Source of the DNA: Bryobacteraceae bacterium
GTDB lineage: Bacteria > Acidobacteriota > Terriglobia > Bryobacterales > Bryobacteraceae
DNA: 64,000 nucleotides
Direction: 5' to 3'
Assembly: GCA_023384675.1 (NCBI GenBank)
Contig: JAHDVK010000029.1
Span: 3,778-67,777 of the forward strand
Part shown: positions 1-8,232 of the stretch, one piece after another
Numbering within the stretch: the first letter of the stretch is position 1
Layout of the letters: the number at the start of each line of letters is the position of its first letter
The notes under the pieces: model-generated
Databases searched by the model: none
What the model saw: the letters and a program-made list of their open reading frames with translations, nothing else
Told to the model about the DNA's origin: nothing
Translations under genes and position numbers: made by a program

Positions 1-1
1 A

Positions 2-1198
2 GACTGGCCGATTTATGACCGGACGGAGGAAGACGCGCTGCTGGGCGTGTTGCGCAGCGGCAAGTGGGGGCGGATCGACGGGAGCCGGGTGGTGGAGTTC
101 GAGCGGCAGTACCGCGAACTGCTGCAGGTGCAGCATTGCGTGGCGACGGCGAACGGGACGAGCGCCCTGATCGCGGCGATGAACGCGATTGACATCGGGC
201 CGGGCGACGAAGTGTTGCTGCCCCCGTACACGTTCGTGGCGACGCTGAATGTGATTTTGTTGCAGCATGCGCTGCCGGTGTTCGTGGATTCGGACCGGGC
301 GACGTTCCAGATGGACGTGCGCAAACTGGAAGCGCGGACGACGCCGCAGACGCGGGCGGTGATTCAGGTGCATCTGGGCGGAGCGACGGCGGGACTGGAC
401 GAGTCGCTGAAGTTCACGAAGGCGCGCGGGTTGAAGTTGATCGAGGACGCCTGTCAGGCGCATTTGGGTGAGTGGAAGGGGAAGAAGGTGGGCACGCTCG
501 GCGACTGCGGGACGTTCAGCTTCCAGGCGTCAAAGAATCTGAACTCGGGCGAAGGCGGAGCGCTGGTCACCAATGATGAAGGGCTGTATGACCGGGCGTA
601 CGCGTTCCAGGGTAACGGGCGGGCGCGGAAGGTGACTTCGGCGACGCTGTCGGGCTGGGTGATGAACGGGGCGAATCTGCGGCTGACGGAGTTTCAGGGG
701 GCGCTGCTGCTGGCGCAGATGACGCGCCTGGAGGGGCAGTCGCGCACGCGCGAAACGAACGCGGCGGCGCTGTCGAAGATGTTGAAGCAGATTCCGGGGA
801 TTACGCCGCAGGTGATCGATCCCGGCTGCACGCGGAATGCGTGGCACCTGTACATGTTCCGCTACGATCCGGCGGGTTTTGCGGGATTGCCGCGGGCGGG
901 CTTCCTGAAGGCGCTGCGCGAGGAGGGCGTGAGCGGCATGGGCGGCTACACGCCGCTGAACAAGGAGCCGTTTCTGAAGGAGGTGCTGTCGTCGCGGCAT
1001 TACCGGAAGATCTACGGTGATGCGAAATTGCGGCAGTGGCACGAGCAGAATCAGTGTCCGGAGAACGACAAATTGTGCGCGGAGGCGGTCTGGTTCACGC
1101 AGGACATGCTGCTGGGCGAGGCGAAGGAGATGGAGTTCATCGCCGAGGCGGTGGCGAAGGTGCAGAAGAAAGCGCCGGAACTGGTCAAGCGGGGCTGA
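2..1198 (+). CDS. DegT/DnrJ/EryC1/StrS-family PLP-dependent sugar aminotransferase (5' end cut by window)
   Basis: The frame is open from the window edge (DWPIYDRTEEDALLGVLRSGKWGR...), and track ORF 47..1198 is the internal-Met version. Family-typical motifs are ATANGTSALIAAM, EVLLPPYTFVAT and FSFQASKNLNSGEGGALVTND (PLP-lysine region). Confidence 0.85.
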   Translation, partial: DWPIYDRTEEDALLGVLRSGKWGRIDGSRVVEFERQYRELLQVQHCVATANGTSALIAAMNAIDIGPGDEVLLPPYTFVATLNVILLQHALPVFVDSDRATFQMDVRKLEARTTPQTRAVIQVHLGGATAGLDESLKFTKARGLKLIEDACQAHLGEWKGKKVGTLGDCGTFSFQASKNLNSGEGGALVTNDEGLYDRAYAFQGNGRARKVTSATLSGWVMNGANLRLTEFQGALLLAQMTRLEGQSRTRETNAAALSKMLKQIPGITPQVIDPGCTRNAWHLYMFRYDPAGFAGLPRAGFLKALREEGVSGMGGYTPLNKEPFLKEVLSSRHYRKIYGDAKLRQWHEQNQCPENDKLCAEAVWFTQDMLLGEAKEMEFIAEAVAKVQKKAPELVKRG

Positions 1199-1985
1199 GC
1201 CACGCCTGGGCGGCGCGGGCGATGGCTTCGAGGACACGCAAGCCGAAGTCCGGGGTGCCGGTATCGAACTGCTCGCCGGGGTGATCGACGGCGTTGCTGA
1301 CCATGGCGACGACGGCGGCCGGCGCCTTGCGCGTGTGGGCGAAGGCGAACAGGGAGGCGGCCTGCATTTCCACAGCGAGGATGCCCGCGGCGGACCAGTG
1401 CTGGAGTTGGGCGGCGGTCTCGCGGTAAGGGGCATCGGTGGTCCAGACGGGTCCGGTGTGGACGGCGCGTCCGGCGGCGGGGAGTTCGCGGGCCAGTAGG
1501 GGGAGGAGGTCCGGCACGGGGCAGGCGACGGATTCCGACGGGGGAAGGTAATGGAGGGAAGTGCCTTCGTCGCGAATGGCGCGGTCGGCGATGAGAAGGC
1601 AGGGCAGGGGAAGGGCGGGGGAGACCCGTCCGGCGGAAGTGAGTCCGACGATGAGACGGACACCGGCGGCGGCGAGTTGTTCGGCGATGAGGACGGCGTA
1701 GGGGCCGCCGATGGTGCGCGGGATGATGCCGGTGCGGAGTCCGGCGAACTCCGCGGCGAACATGCGGGTGTGGAAACAGGCCCAGTGGGGTTCTTCGTGG
1801 ACGAGGTTCTGCTGGATGAGCCAGTCGGTGAGGTCGCCGTCGAATTCGAGGATACAGAGCGGGGGGAGTGGGAGGCTGGGGAGACCGCGGAGGCCGCGGA
1901 CGCTGTCCATCAGTTGTTCCGGGGTGAATGCGGAGGGTTGGTCGAGGGGGTGGCGGAGCAGGGGCGGGGTATTGGGGTCGATCAT
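1185..1985 (-). CDS. nucleoside phosphorylase-family protein (PNP_UDP_1-like)
   Basis: 266-aa ORF with an ATG start. It has GLTSAGRV and LAVEMQAASLF motifs resembling the phosphate- and ribose-binding segments of purine/uridine phosphorylases. It converges on the aminotransferase gene with a 14-nt overlap. Confidence 0.6.
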   Translation of the reverse strand: MIDPNTPPLLRHPLDQPSAFTPEQLMDSVRGLRGLPSLPLPPLCILEFDGDLTDWLIQQNLVHEEPHWACFHTRMFAAEFAGLRTGIIPRTIGGPYAVLIAEQLAAAGVRLIVGLTSAGRVSPALPLPCLLIADRAIRDEGTSLHYLPPSESVACPVPDLLPLLARELPAAGRAVHTGPVWTTDAPYRETAAQLQHWSAAGILAVEMQAASLFAFAHTRKAPAAVVAMVSNAVDHPGEQFDTGTPDFGLRVLEAIARAAQAWLSPA

Positions 1986-2014
1986 GGACGGGCAGATTAC
2001 AGGATAAAGGAAGA

Positions 2015-3184
2015 TCAGAGGGCGGCGGCGATGGCGCGGATGAGTTCGGCGCCGAAGGCGAGGCGGTCATTGGTGTGCGGGGGGCGGCCGATGCGGGGGT
2101 TGGTATCGACCATCAGTTCGAGGAGGAAGGCGGGAGCGGCGGTCTGTTTGAAGACCCAGTGGTCGATGGAATAGCGTCCTTTGGCGGGAGTTTCAGCGGG
2201 GTAGTCGCGGACGCCCGCGGCAGCGTTGAAGTTGGCGTGCTGGACGAGGTGGCGGTTGAGGCGGTCGCCGAGGGAGCGGATCGCGGGTCCGCCGGCGGTG
2301 AGGGGGCCCTGGAGGAAGTCGGCGGATTCTGTGTTGTGGAGGTCGATGAAGAGGTCGATTTTGTTGCTTTTGGAGCACAAAACAGGCTCCAGAGCGGCGA
2401 TTTCCGGCATTTTTGTGGGGTCGCGGACGTCCCAATTGCGATTGAGGTCGTAGCCGTGGCGGTTGAAGCGGACGCCGCCGTGGACGAGGCCGTCGGGGTC
2501 GAGGGTGGGGACGAGAGAGAAGACGTGGGTGGCGCGCAGACGGCGGGCCTCAGGGGTATCGGTGAGGAGGAGATTGATGGCGCCCTCAAGAGCCCAGGAG
2601 GTACCAGCTTCCCAGGCATGCTGGCGGGCGACAATCCAGACGTGCTTTTTGGGGGCGGCGGGAGCCGCGGGATCGGTGATGGTGACGAGGTGGAGCGGGC
2701 GCTTTTCGACGGAGCGGCCGATCTCGCGGACCTGGGCGTGGGGGTGGCGGCGGACGCGGGCGAGGAGTTGGTCCACGTGTTGGAGGGTGTACGGGGGAAT
2801 GCGGGCGATCCAGATGGTGTCTTCACGGGCGGTGAAGCGCAGGCGGAGGCGGGAGGGACTTTCGAGCCATTCGGCTTCGGCGAAATGCTGCCAGTCTTTG
2901 TTGTTGTAGCTGAAGGCGGGGCGGGTGTTGCGGTGGCCGCGGCCGTCGTGGGGGCGGTAGTTGTATTCGCCTTCAAAGCCGGCGAGGTCGATGGTGAGGG
3001 TCTGGCCCCTGACGCCGGAAAGGGAGAAGTAGAACCAACTGGGCTGGTGGTTGCGGTTGTCCTGATCGGATTGACCGGGGATGGTGGCAACGAGATGCGT
3101 GGGGGAGAGCCACTCGTGGGAGCGGAGGGCGCCGCCTTCAAATGTGGCGCTGACCGAGATGGCGGCGAGGAAGAAGGCGAGCAT
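2015..3184 (-). CDS. M14-family zinc carboxypeptidase-like protein, secreted
   Basis: It has an N-terminal signal-like segment (MLAFFLAAISVSA). It carries an HxxE zinc motif (QHAWEAG), DLNRNW and a distal His (FIDLHNT), as in M14 peptidases. It lies 29 nt upstream of the phosphorylase gene on the same strand. Confidence 0.7.
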   Translation of the reverse strand: MLAFFLAAISVSATFEGGALRSHEWLSPTHLVATIPGQSDQDNRNHQPSWFYFSLSGVRGQTLTIDLAGFEGEYNYRPHDGRGHRNTRPAFSYNNKDWQHFAEAEWLESPSRLRLRFTAREDTIWIARIPPYTLQHVDQLLARVRRHPHAQVREIGRSVEKRPLHLVTITDPAAPAAPKKHVWIVARQHAWEAGTSWALEGAINLLLTDTPEARRLRATHVFSLVPTLDPDGLVHGGVRFNRHGYDLNRNWDVRDPTKMPEIAALEPVLCSKSNKIDLFIDLHNTESADFLQGPLTAGGPAIRSLGDRLNRHLVQHANFNAAAGVRDYPAETPAKGRYSIDHWVFKQTAAPAFLLELMVDTNPRIGRPPHTNDRLAFGAELIRAIAAAL

Positions 3185-3271
3185 GATTACCCATTTAACC
3201 GGTTCGCCGCGCGCCTTGCAAAGGACGGGTCCGGGGTCACGGTCAGCTGGTGACGGGCGCCGGCTTCGGTA

Positions 3272-4267
3272 TCAGAACAACGCGGCGCCGATCACCAGGG
3301 GCAGGAGCATGATCGACATGACGATGACGACAAGCGCGCCAACCAGCAGAAGGCAGAAGGCCTTGCCGAGCGTGCTATCGGCCATGTCTCGAAGCGCGAC
3401 GAGCGTGGTGGGAATGCGCCAGAGTCCGACAAGTTGCGCGAGAACGGGAATCGGGATGATGGCGAGCACCGAAGGTGACTGCGCATAGGCGAGACCGCGA
3501 AACATCTGGCCAACAGTCAGCTTGCGGCCGACGATGGACTGCGAGACGGCGGACATGACGACCAGGGAAAGCAGCGCGCCGCCCAGGCTGAACAAGAGCG
3601 TCAGTGCATAGACGCCGATCATCGCCCCCCGGAACACGCCACCCATGAACAGAAAGCCGGTGAGGACGGGGGCGACCATGGCCAGAAGCAGGGCGGTGAG
3701 CGCCTTGCCGTTGCCGTTCTCGTCCGCGGCGGCCGCGCGGGCCACATTGCCGTCCAGCATCGCGGCGCGGATCATCATGGCGAAGACGTTGCCCTGGGCG
3801 TCCTTCAGGTTCAGCGCGCCGAGGACGGCGTCGCTCTTCGAGGCGACGCTGGCGGCGAAGTCCTGTTGGGGCGGCGGCTGTCCGGGTTGAGGCGGCGGGT
3901 AGCCCTGTGCGGAGCCGCCCCAGGCAGGCGGTGGTGGCGGGTAGACGCCGGGTGTCGGCGGGGGCGAATAGGGTGGCGCGTACTGGGGTGGTGGCGGCGG
4001 GGCCGCCGGCGAAGGGGGCTGGGGAGGCGCGCCCCATGCAGGCGGTGGCGGCGGTGTGGGTGTCTGGAGGGGTGGAGCTGAGTAAGGCGCGGGCTGCGTC
4101 GCGGCGGGTTGAGGCGGCTGGCTGTGTTGGGGTGGTGGCGGTGTCGCGGGCGGCGGTGGCGGCGCGGGCGCAGCCGCCTTCGGCGCTTGTATCGGCGTGC
4201 CGCAGCCTCCGCAGAAGATCGCGCCCTCGGGAGCAGGGCTCCCACAATTCGTACAGAACCGGTTCAT
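3272..4267 (-). CDS. zinc-ribbon / proline-rich / Yip1-like multi-pass membrane protein
   Basis: The start is placed at the internal ATG (MNRFCTNCGSPAPEGAIFCGGCGTPI, a CxxC...CxxC zinc ribbon). About 120 aa of P/Q/A-rich linker follows, with PPPPAWG occurring twice. The C-terminal half is hydrophobic with 4-5 predicted TM helices, typical of the Yip1/DUF1282 architecture. Confidence 0.6.
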   Translation of the reverse strand: MNRFCTNCGSPAPEGAIFCGGCGTPIQAPKAAAPAPPPPPATPPPPQHSQPPQPAATQPAPYSAPPLQTPTPPPPPAWGAPPQPPSPAAPPPPPQYAPPYSPPPTPGVYPPPPPAWGGSAQGYPPPQPGQPPPQQDFAASVASKSDAVLGALNLKDAQGNVFAMMIRAAMLDGNVARAAAADENGNGKALTALLLAMVAPVLTGFLFMGGVFRGAMIGVYALTLLFSLGGALLSLVVMSAVSQSIVGRKLTVGQMFRGLAYAQSPSVLAIIPIPVLAQLVGLWRIPTTLVALRDMADSTLGKAFCLLLVGALVVIVMSIMLLPLVIGAALF

Positions 4268-4595
4268 GCCCGGAGTATATTGCACGGGAAAAGAGAATAA
4301 AAGACCACGTGATCGGTATCGGCAGCGAGATGGTTCATGATTGCCGTGTCCTGGTGTCAGGAGACCCCCGTGGGCGAGGCCGCGAACGACTGCCGGTTTG
4401 GTCTTCGCTGGGTCTGATCGAGCCTGTCTGCCGCCGCGGCCCTGGTCAGCCGCACCCTGTGACGCGGACGGCAGGACCCGAGCGGGCAAGACTCCGGGCG
4501 CACCAGCACCCCGGGCGGCTGCCGCACGAATTTCACTGGGCGCATACGAAATGTATAGACGTGCTACGATATGACTTCACGCGAAGGAGTTTTTC

Positions 4596-7500
4596 GTGCG
4601 TATTCTTGCACTTTCTATCGGATTTCTGTGCCTGCATGTCTCGTTGTGGGCACAAGTCAGCGGGTTGGTGACCGACATCCAGGGCGGCGCCATTGAAGGA
4701 GCGCAGTTGACTCTGCGTGACCTCGACCGCGGCCTCGAACGCGTTACCACCACCACCGCCTCCGGTCTCTTCCTGTTCGACCTCACGCCGCCGGGCAACT
4801 ACCGCCTGGAAGCCCGCCGCGAGGGATTCGAGCCGGCCGTCCGCGAGCGCTTCCGCGTCAACATCAACGATCAGTTGAATCTCCGGTTTGAACTCCAGGT
4901 CGCGGGCCGGGCCGACACGGTCACCGTCTCCGCCGCCGCCGACCTGATCGGCGACAGTCCGGTGGTCCGGACCCTGGTCGACCGGCAGTTCATCGGCAAT
5001 CAGCCTCTGAACGGCCGCAGTCTCCAGAGTCTGATCGGACTGACTCCTGGTGTCACCATGACCGGCGCCTCGCTGCCCACTCCGGGCCAGTTCAGCGTCA
5101 ATGGCCAGCGGGCATCCTCGAACGCGTTCATGGTGGACGGTGTCAGCGCCAACTTCGGAACGAGCGCGTCGGTCACCCCGTACGAGCCTATCGGCGGCAC
5201 CGTCCCGGCGCTCTCGGCGCTCGGCTCCACGGCGTCGCTCGCCTCGCTCGAAGCGCTCGAGGAGTTCAGTATTCAGACCTCCACGTACGCGCCGGAATTT
5301 GGCCGTCAGCCGGGCGCTCAGGTCTCGCTCGTCACCCGTTCCGGCTCCAATGAATGGCACGGCTCCCTGTTCCACTTCTTCCGGAACGACAAGCTCGATG
5401 CCAACGACTGGTTCGCCAACGCCAACAACCTTCCGCGCCAGGCGCTTCGCCAGAACGATTTTGGCGGCACGTTTGGCGGTCCGATTCGCCGCAACCGCAC
5501 TTTCTTCTTCGCTTCGCACGAATCCATGCTGGTCCGCTCGCCATTCGTCACGCCCCCGCTGGAAGTGCCTTCGATGCAGGCGCGCGAGCAGGCCACCGGC
5601 GTCCTTCGCGACCTGTTGAACGCCTTCCCTCTCCCCGTCGCTGCTCCCATGGCCGGCAATCCGCTCAGTACCCCTTATATCGCCACCGTTTCGAATCCGG
5701 CCTCGCTGATCGCCACGAGTCTACGCGTCGACCATGCCCTCTCGGATCGCTGGACGGCGTTCGGCCGCTTGAATATCGCCCCTTCGGACAATCGCGAACG
5801 CGGAGAATGGTGCGCCACCAGTTGTATCTCGGTCACCGATGTCGATGTCGATACCTGGACCGGCGGTCTGATGGGCAACCTCTCTCCCGGCCTCACCGCC
5901 GATATCCGCGTCAACTTCAGCCGGTCCACCACGCGCCTCTACTACGAGATGGACAGTTATGGTGGCGCGGTCGTGCCACCCCTTTCGAGCCTCTATCCCA
6001 GTTTCACCGACGGTTCCAAGGGCTACATCTATATTGAGGTCGATCCCGGCGGCGCCAATACCCTGAGCGACGGCCTCTTCGCCGAGAACCGCCAGCGCCA
6101 GGCCCAGGCCGCCGGCACGGTCGGCTGGTTCACCGGCCGTCATAACTTCCGCTTCGGTTACGACTACCGCCGCCTGACCCCGCAATCCGATTCCGGCAGC
6201 TACCGCCGCCAGTTCCGCTTCGCCTCCGTCGCGCAACTCGCCGGCGGCATCGCCCCCACCGCTTCCATCATTGCGCCCGATGTCATCTTCGAGCCCACAT
6301 TCGAAAACCATTCCGCGTTCATCCAGGACACCTGGCGCGCCACCCCGCGGCTGACCCTCACTTACGGGATCCGCTGGGAGGTCGTTCCCTCGCCCGGAGA
6401 GCGCAATGGCAACCTCCCGCGGACCGTGCTCAACCTGGATCAGCCCGACCGGCTTGAAATCGCCCCCCGCGGGTCCACCTTCTACCAGACCCAATGGAGC
6501 AACTGGGCGCCGCGCGCCGGTCTCGCCTATCGACTCAACGATTCCGGTTCCTGGGTCCTGCGCGGCGGCTGGGGCCTGTTTTATGACCTCGGCTATGGCT
6601 TCCTCGGCAACGCCTACAACACCAGCCTCTGGCCCTATGCACGCCAGACCGGCCTGTCCAACATCGCGTACACAGATCCCGGCGCCGCCATCCAACCCCC
6701 GGCCGTCAGCGAAGCCCCCCCGTATTCCCGCCTCTTCGCGTTCGAGGAGGGGTTCTCGCTGCCTCGTATCCAGCAGTGGAACGTCGCCGTCGAACACGCG
6801 TTCACCCGGCACGACACGATCAGCCTCTCCTGGGTGGGCGCCAGCGGCCGCCGCCTCGGCCGGCTCGAGCAGATCCGCAACCTCCGGCCCGGCTTCACGC
6901 GCATCGACGCCATCCGCTCCAACGCCGAATCTTCCTACAGGGGCCTGCAGGCCCAGTATCAGCGCCGGATGGCCCGCGGCGTTCAGGCGCTCGTCAATTA
7001 CACATTGGGCGAGTCCACCGACACCGCCAGCGAGGAGTCCATCAGCAACTTCTACGCTCCCGCCGCCCGCATCAACCCAGAGCAGGATCGCGGACCCTCC
7101 TCCTTCGACATTCGCCACCAGATGAACGCCGCCCTGAGTTGGCGGATGCCCCGCCGTTGGGGTGGTCTTTCGCTCGATGGCATCTTCCGCGCCCGCGGCG
7201 CCACGCCCATCGACATCCGCACCGGCCGTGACCCCTTCGGCATCGGCTACACCACCGTCTCCCGCCCCGATCTCGTCCCAAGCGTCTCCCTCTATCTGGA
7301 TGACCCGAATACCGCCGGCGGCCGCCGTTTCAATCGCGCCGCCTTCGACGCCACCATCCCCGTCGCCGAAGGCCGTCAGGGGACCCTCGGCCGCAACGCC
7401 CTTCGCGGCTTCGGCGCCTGGCAGACCGACCTCTCGCTCCGCCGCCGCTTCCAACTCGCCGAAACCCTCGCTCTCGAAACCCAGGCCGACGCTTTCAACC

Positions 7501-7661
7501 TCTTCAACCGCCCCACCTTCGGCAACCCCAACGGCATCCTCACCGCCGCCAACTTCGGCTACTCCACCAGGATGCTCGGCAGCGCCCTCGGCGGCCTCAG
7601 TCCCCTGTTCCAGATGGGCGGCCCCCGCTCGCTTCAACTCGCCCTCCGCCTCCGCTTCTGA
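4596..7661 (+). CDS. TonB-dependent-receptor-like outer-membrane protein with N-terminal carboxypeptidase-regulatory-like domain
   Basis: GTG start, with AAGGAG 7 nt upstream. It has a signal peptide, a CarboxypepD_reg pattern (GLVTDIQGGAIEGAQLTL...TTTTASGLFLFDLTPPGNYRLEARREGF) and a plug-like region (LNGRSLQSLIGLTPGV). The 1021-aa protein ends in LRLRF, the terminal Phe of beta-barrel OMPs. Confidence 0.85.
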   Translation: MRILALSIGFLCLHVSLWAQVSGLVTDIQGGAIEGAQLTLRDLDRGLERVTTTTASGLFLFDLTPPGNYRLEARREGFEPAVRERFRVNINDQLNLRFELQVAGRADTVTVSAAADLIGDSPVVRTLVDRQFIGNQPLNGRSLQSLIGLTPGVTMTGASLPTPGQFSVNGQRASSNAFMVDGVSANFGTSASVTPYEPIGGTVPALSALGSTASLASLEALEEFSIQTSTYAPEFGRQPGAQVSLVTRSGSNEWHGSLFHFFRNDKLDANDWFANANNLPRQALRQNDFGGTFGGPIRRNRTFFFASHESMLVRSPFVTPPLEVPSMQAREQATGVLRDLLNAFPLPVAAPMAGNPLSTPYIATVSNPASLIATSLRVDHALSDRWTAFGRLNIAPSDNRERGEWCATSCISVTDVDVDTWTGGLMGNLSPGLTADIRVNFSRSTTRLYYEMDSYGGAVVPPLSSLYPSFTDGSKGYIYIEVDPGGANTLSDGLFAENRQRQAQAAGTVGWFTGRHNFRFGYDYRRLTPQSDSGSYRRQFRFASVAQLAGGIAPTASIIAPDVIFEPTFENHSAFIQDTWRATPRLTLTYGIRWEVVPSPGERNGNLPRTVLNLDQPDRLEIAPRGSTFYQTQWSNWAPRAGLAYRLNDSGSWVLRGGWGLFYDLGYGFLGNAYNTSLWPYARQTGLSNIAYTDPGAAIQPPAVSEAPPYSRLFAFEEGFSLPRIQQWNVAVEHAFTRHDTISLSWVGASGRRLGRLEQIRNLRPGFTRIDAIRSNAESSYRGLQAQYQRRMARGVQALVNYTLGESTDTASEESISNFYAPAARINPEQDRGPSSFDIRHQMNAALSWRMPRRWGGLSLDGIFRARGATPIDIRTGRDPFGIGYTTVSRPDLVPSVSLYLDDPNTAGGRRFNRAAFDATIPVAEGRQGTLGRNALRGFGAWQTDLSLRRRFQLAETLALETQADAFNLFNRPTFGNPNGILTAANFGYSTRMLGSALGGLSPLFQMGGPRSLQLALRLRF

Positions 7662-7692
7662 CACCACCCCGGTGTTACAATCCCGAATGGGC

Positions 7693-7768
7693 GGGCCCTT
7701 AGCACAATGGTTAGTGCAGCGGACTCATAATCCGTTGGTTGCAGGTTCAAGTCCTGCAGGGCCCACCA
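7693..7768 (+). tRNA. tRNA-Met (anticodon CAU), elongator type, CCA encoded
   Basis: The cloverleaf was folded by hand. The acceptor is GGGCCCT/AGGGCCC and the D stem GCAC/GTGC. The anticodon stem is GCGGA/TCCGT with loop CTCATAA, the T arm is GCAGG-TTCAAGT-CCTGC, and the 3' end is ACCA. Confidence 0.9.
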
Positions 7769-7774
7769 CCGGTC

Positions 7775-8128
7775 TTACCGCCCCGCCCAATCCCCGGATG
7801 CGATGACGGGGCCCGCGCCGCGCGGACCCGCCCAAAGATAGGCCCAGGCGGTGAATTCGCCTGCCGCCGTCTCCACCACAATTTGCGCACGGCGGAAGCG
7901 CGCCCCTTCGATCTCGTCGAGCAGCGGCAGCAGCGCCTCCAGCGAATCGAACTCGAAGAGTTCACCCGCCACGCGGCCCCGGCCTTCGATGAGTCCCGGA
8001 TACTCGCCCAGGTCGAGCAGCCGGCCGGGCGCCCAAGCCTCCACAACCCTTGCCGGGCGCGCTCGCCGGAGCACCGCGTGCCTGGGGCCGCCGCTGCGGA
8101 GAGTACCATAGGCAAACAGTCTGTCCAC
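7775..8128 (-). CDS. gamma-glutamylcyclotransferase (AIG2/GGACT-like) family protein
   Basis: 117-aa ORF with a GTG start. The N-terminal LFAYGTLRSGG and the later YPGL...G.V.GEL... E pattern are typical of GGCT/AIG2-like proteins. Confidence 0.75.
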   Translation of the reverse strand: MDRLFAYGTLRSGGPRHAVLRRARPARVVEAWAPGRLLDLGEYPGLIEGRGRVAGELFEFDSLEALLPLLDEIEGARFRRAQIVVETAAGEFTAWAYLWAGPRGAGPVIASGDWAGR

Positions 8129-8136
8129 GAACCCTA

Positions 8137-8165
8137 TTGACCTTTGCTAAAAAAGGTGATTATAT
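8137..8165 (+). promoter_or_regulatory. sigma70-like promoter candidate for the 8233 receptor gene
   Basis: TTGACC (8137-8142), a 17-nt spacer, then TTATAT (8160-8165). The same architecture recurs upstream of the paralogue at 12036-12064. Confidence 0.4.
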
Positions 8166-8232
8166 CGACTTGGCCATCTTCGGATGGTTTTTGCCGGGGG
8201 AATGCCCCGGCACGTGCTTTCAGGAGGTTTGA

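Noticed and set aside
3375-4671. A cluster of overlapping ORFs (e.g. 3375-4247, 3811-4245, 3907-4671) around the proline-rich linker.
   Set aside because: They are artefacts of the GC-rich CCN/GGN repeat, translating as Arg/Pro/Ala or Gly/Arg strings. Only the zinc-ribbon/Yip1 frame has coherent domain structure.
7693-8232. tRNA-Met as an initiator tRNA and/or as an integration site for a genomic island.
   Set aside because: The 1-72 pair is a normal G-C and the anticodon stem lacks the three consecutive G-C pairs of initiators. There is no integrase, direct repeat of the tRNA 3' end, or compositional shift next to it. The same holds for tRNA-Glu at 52901-52975.
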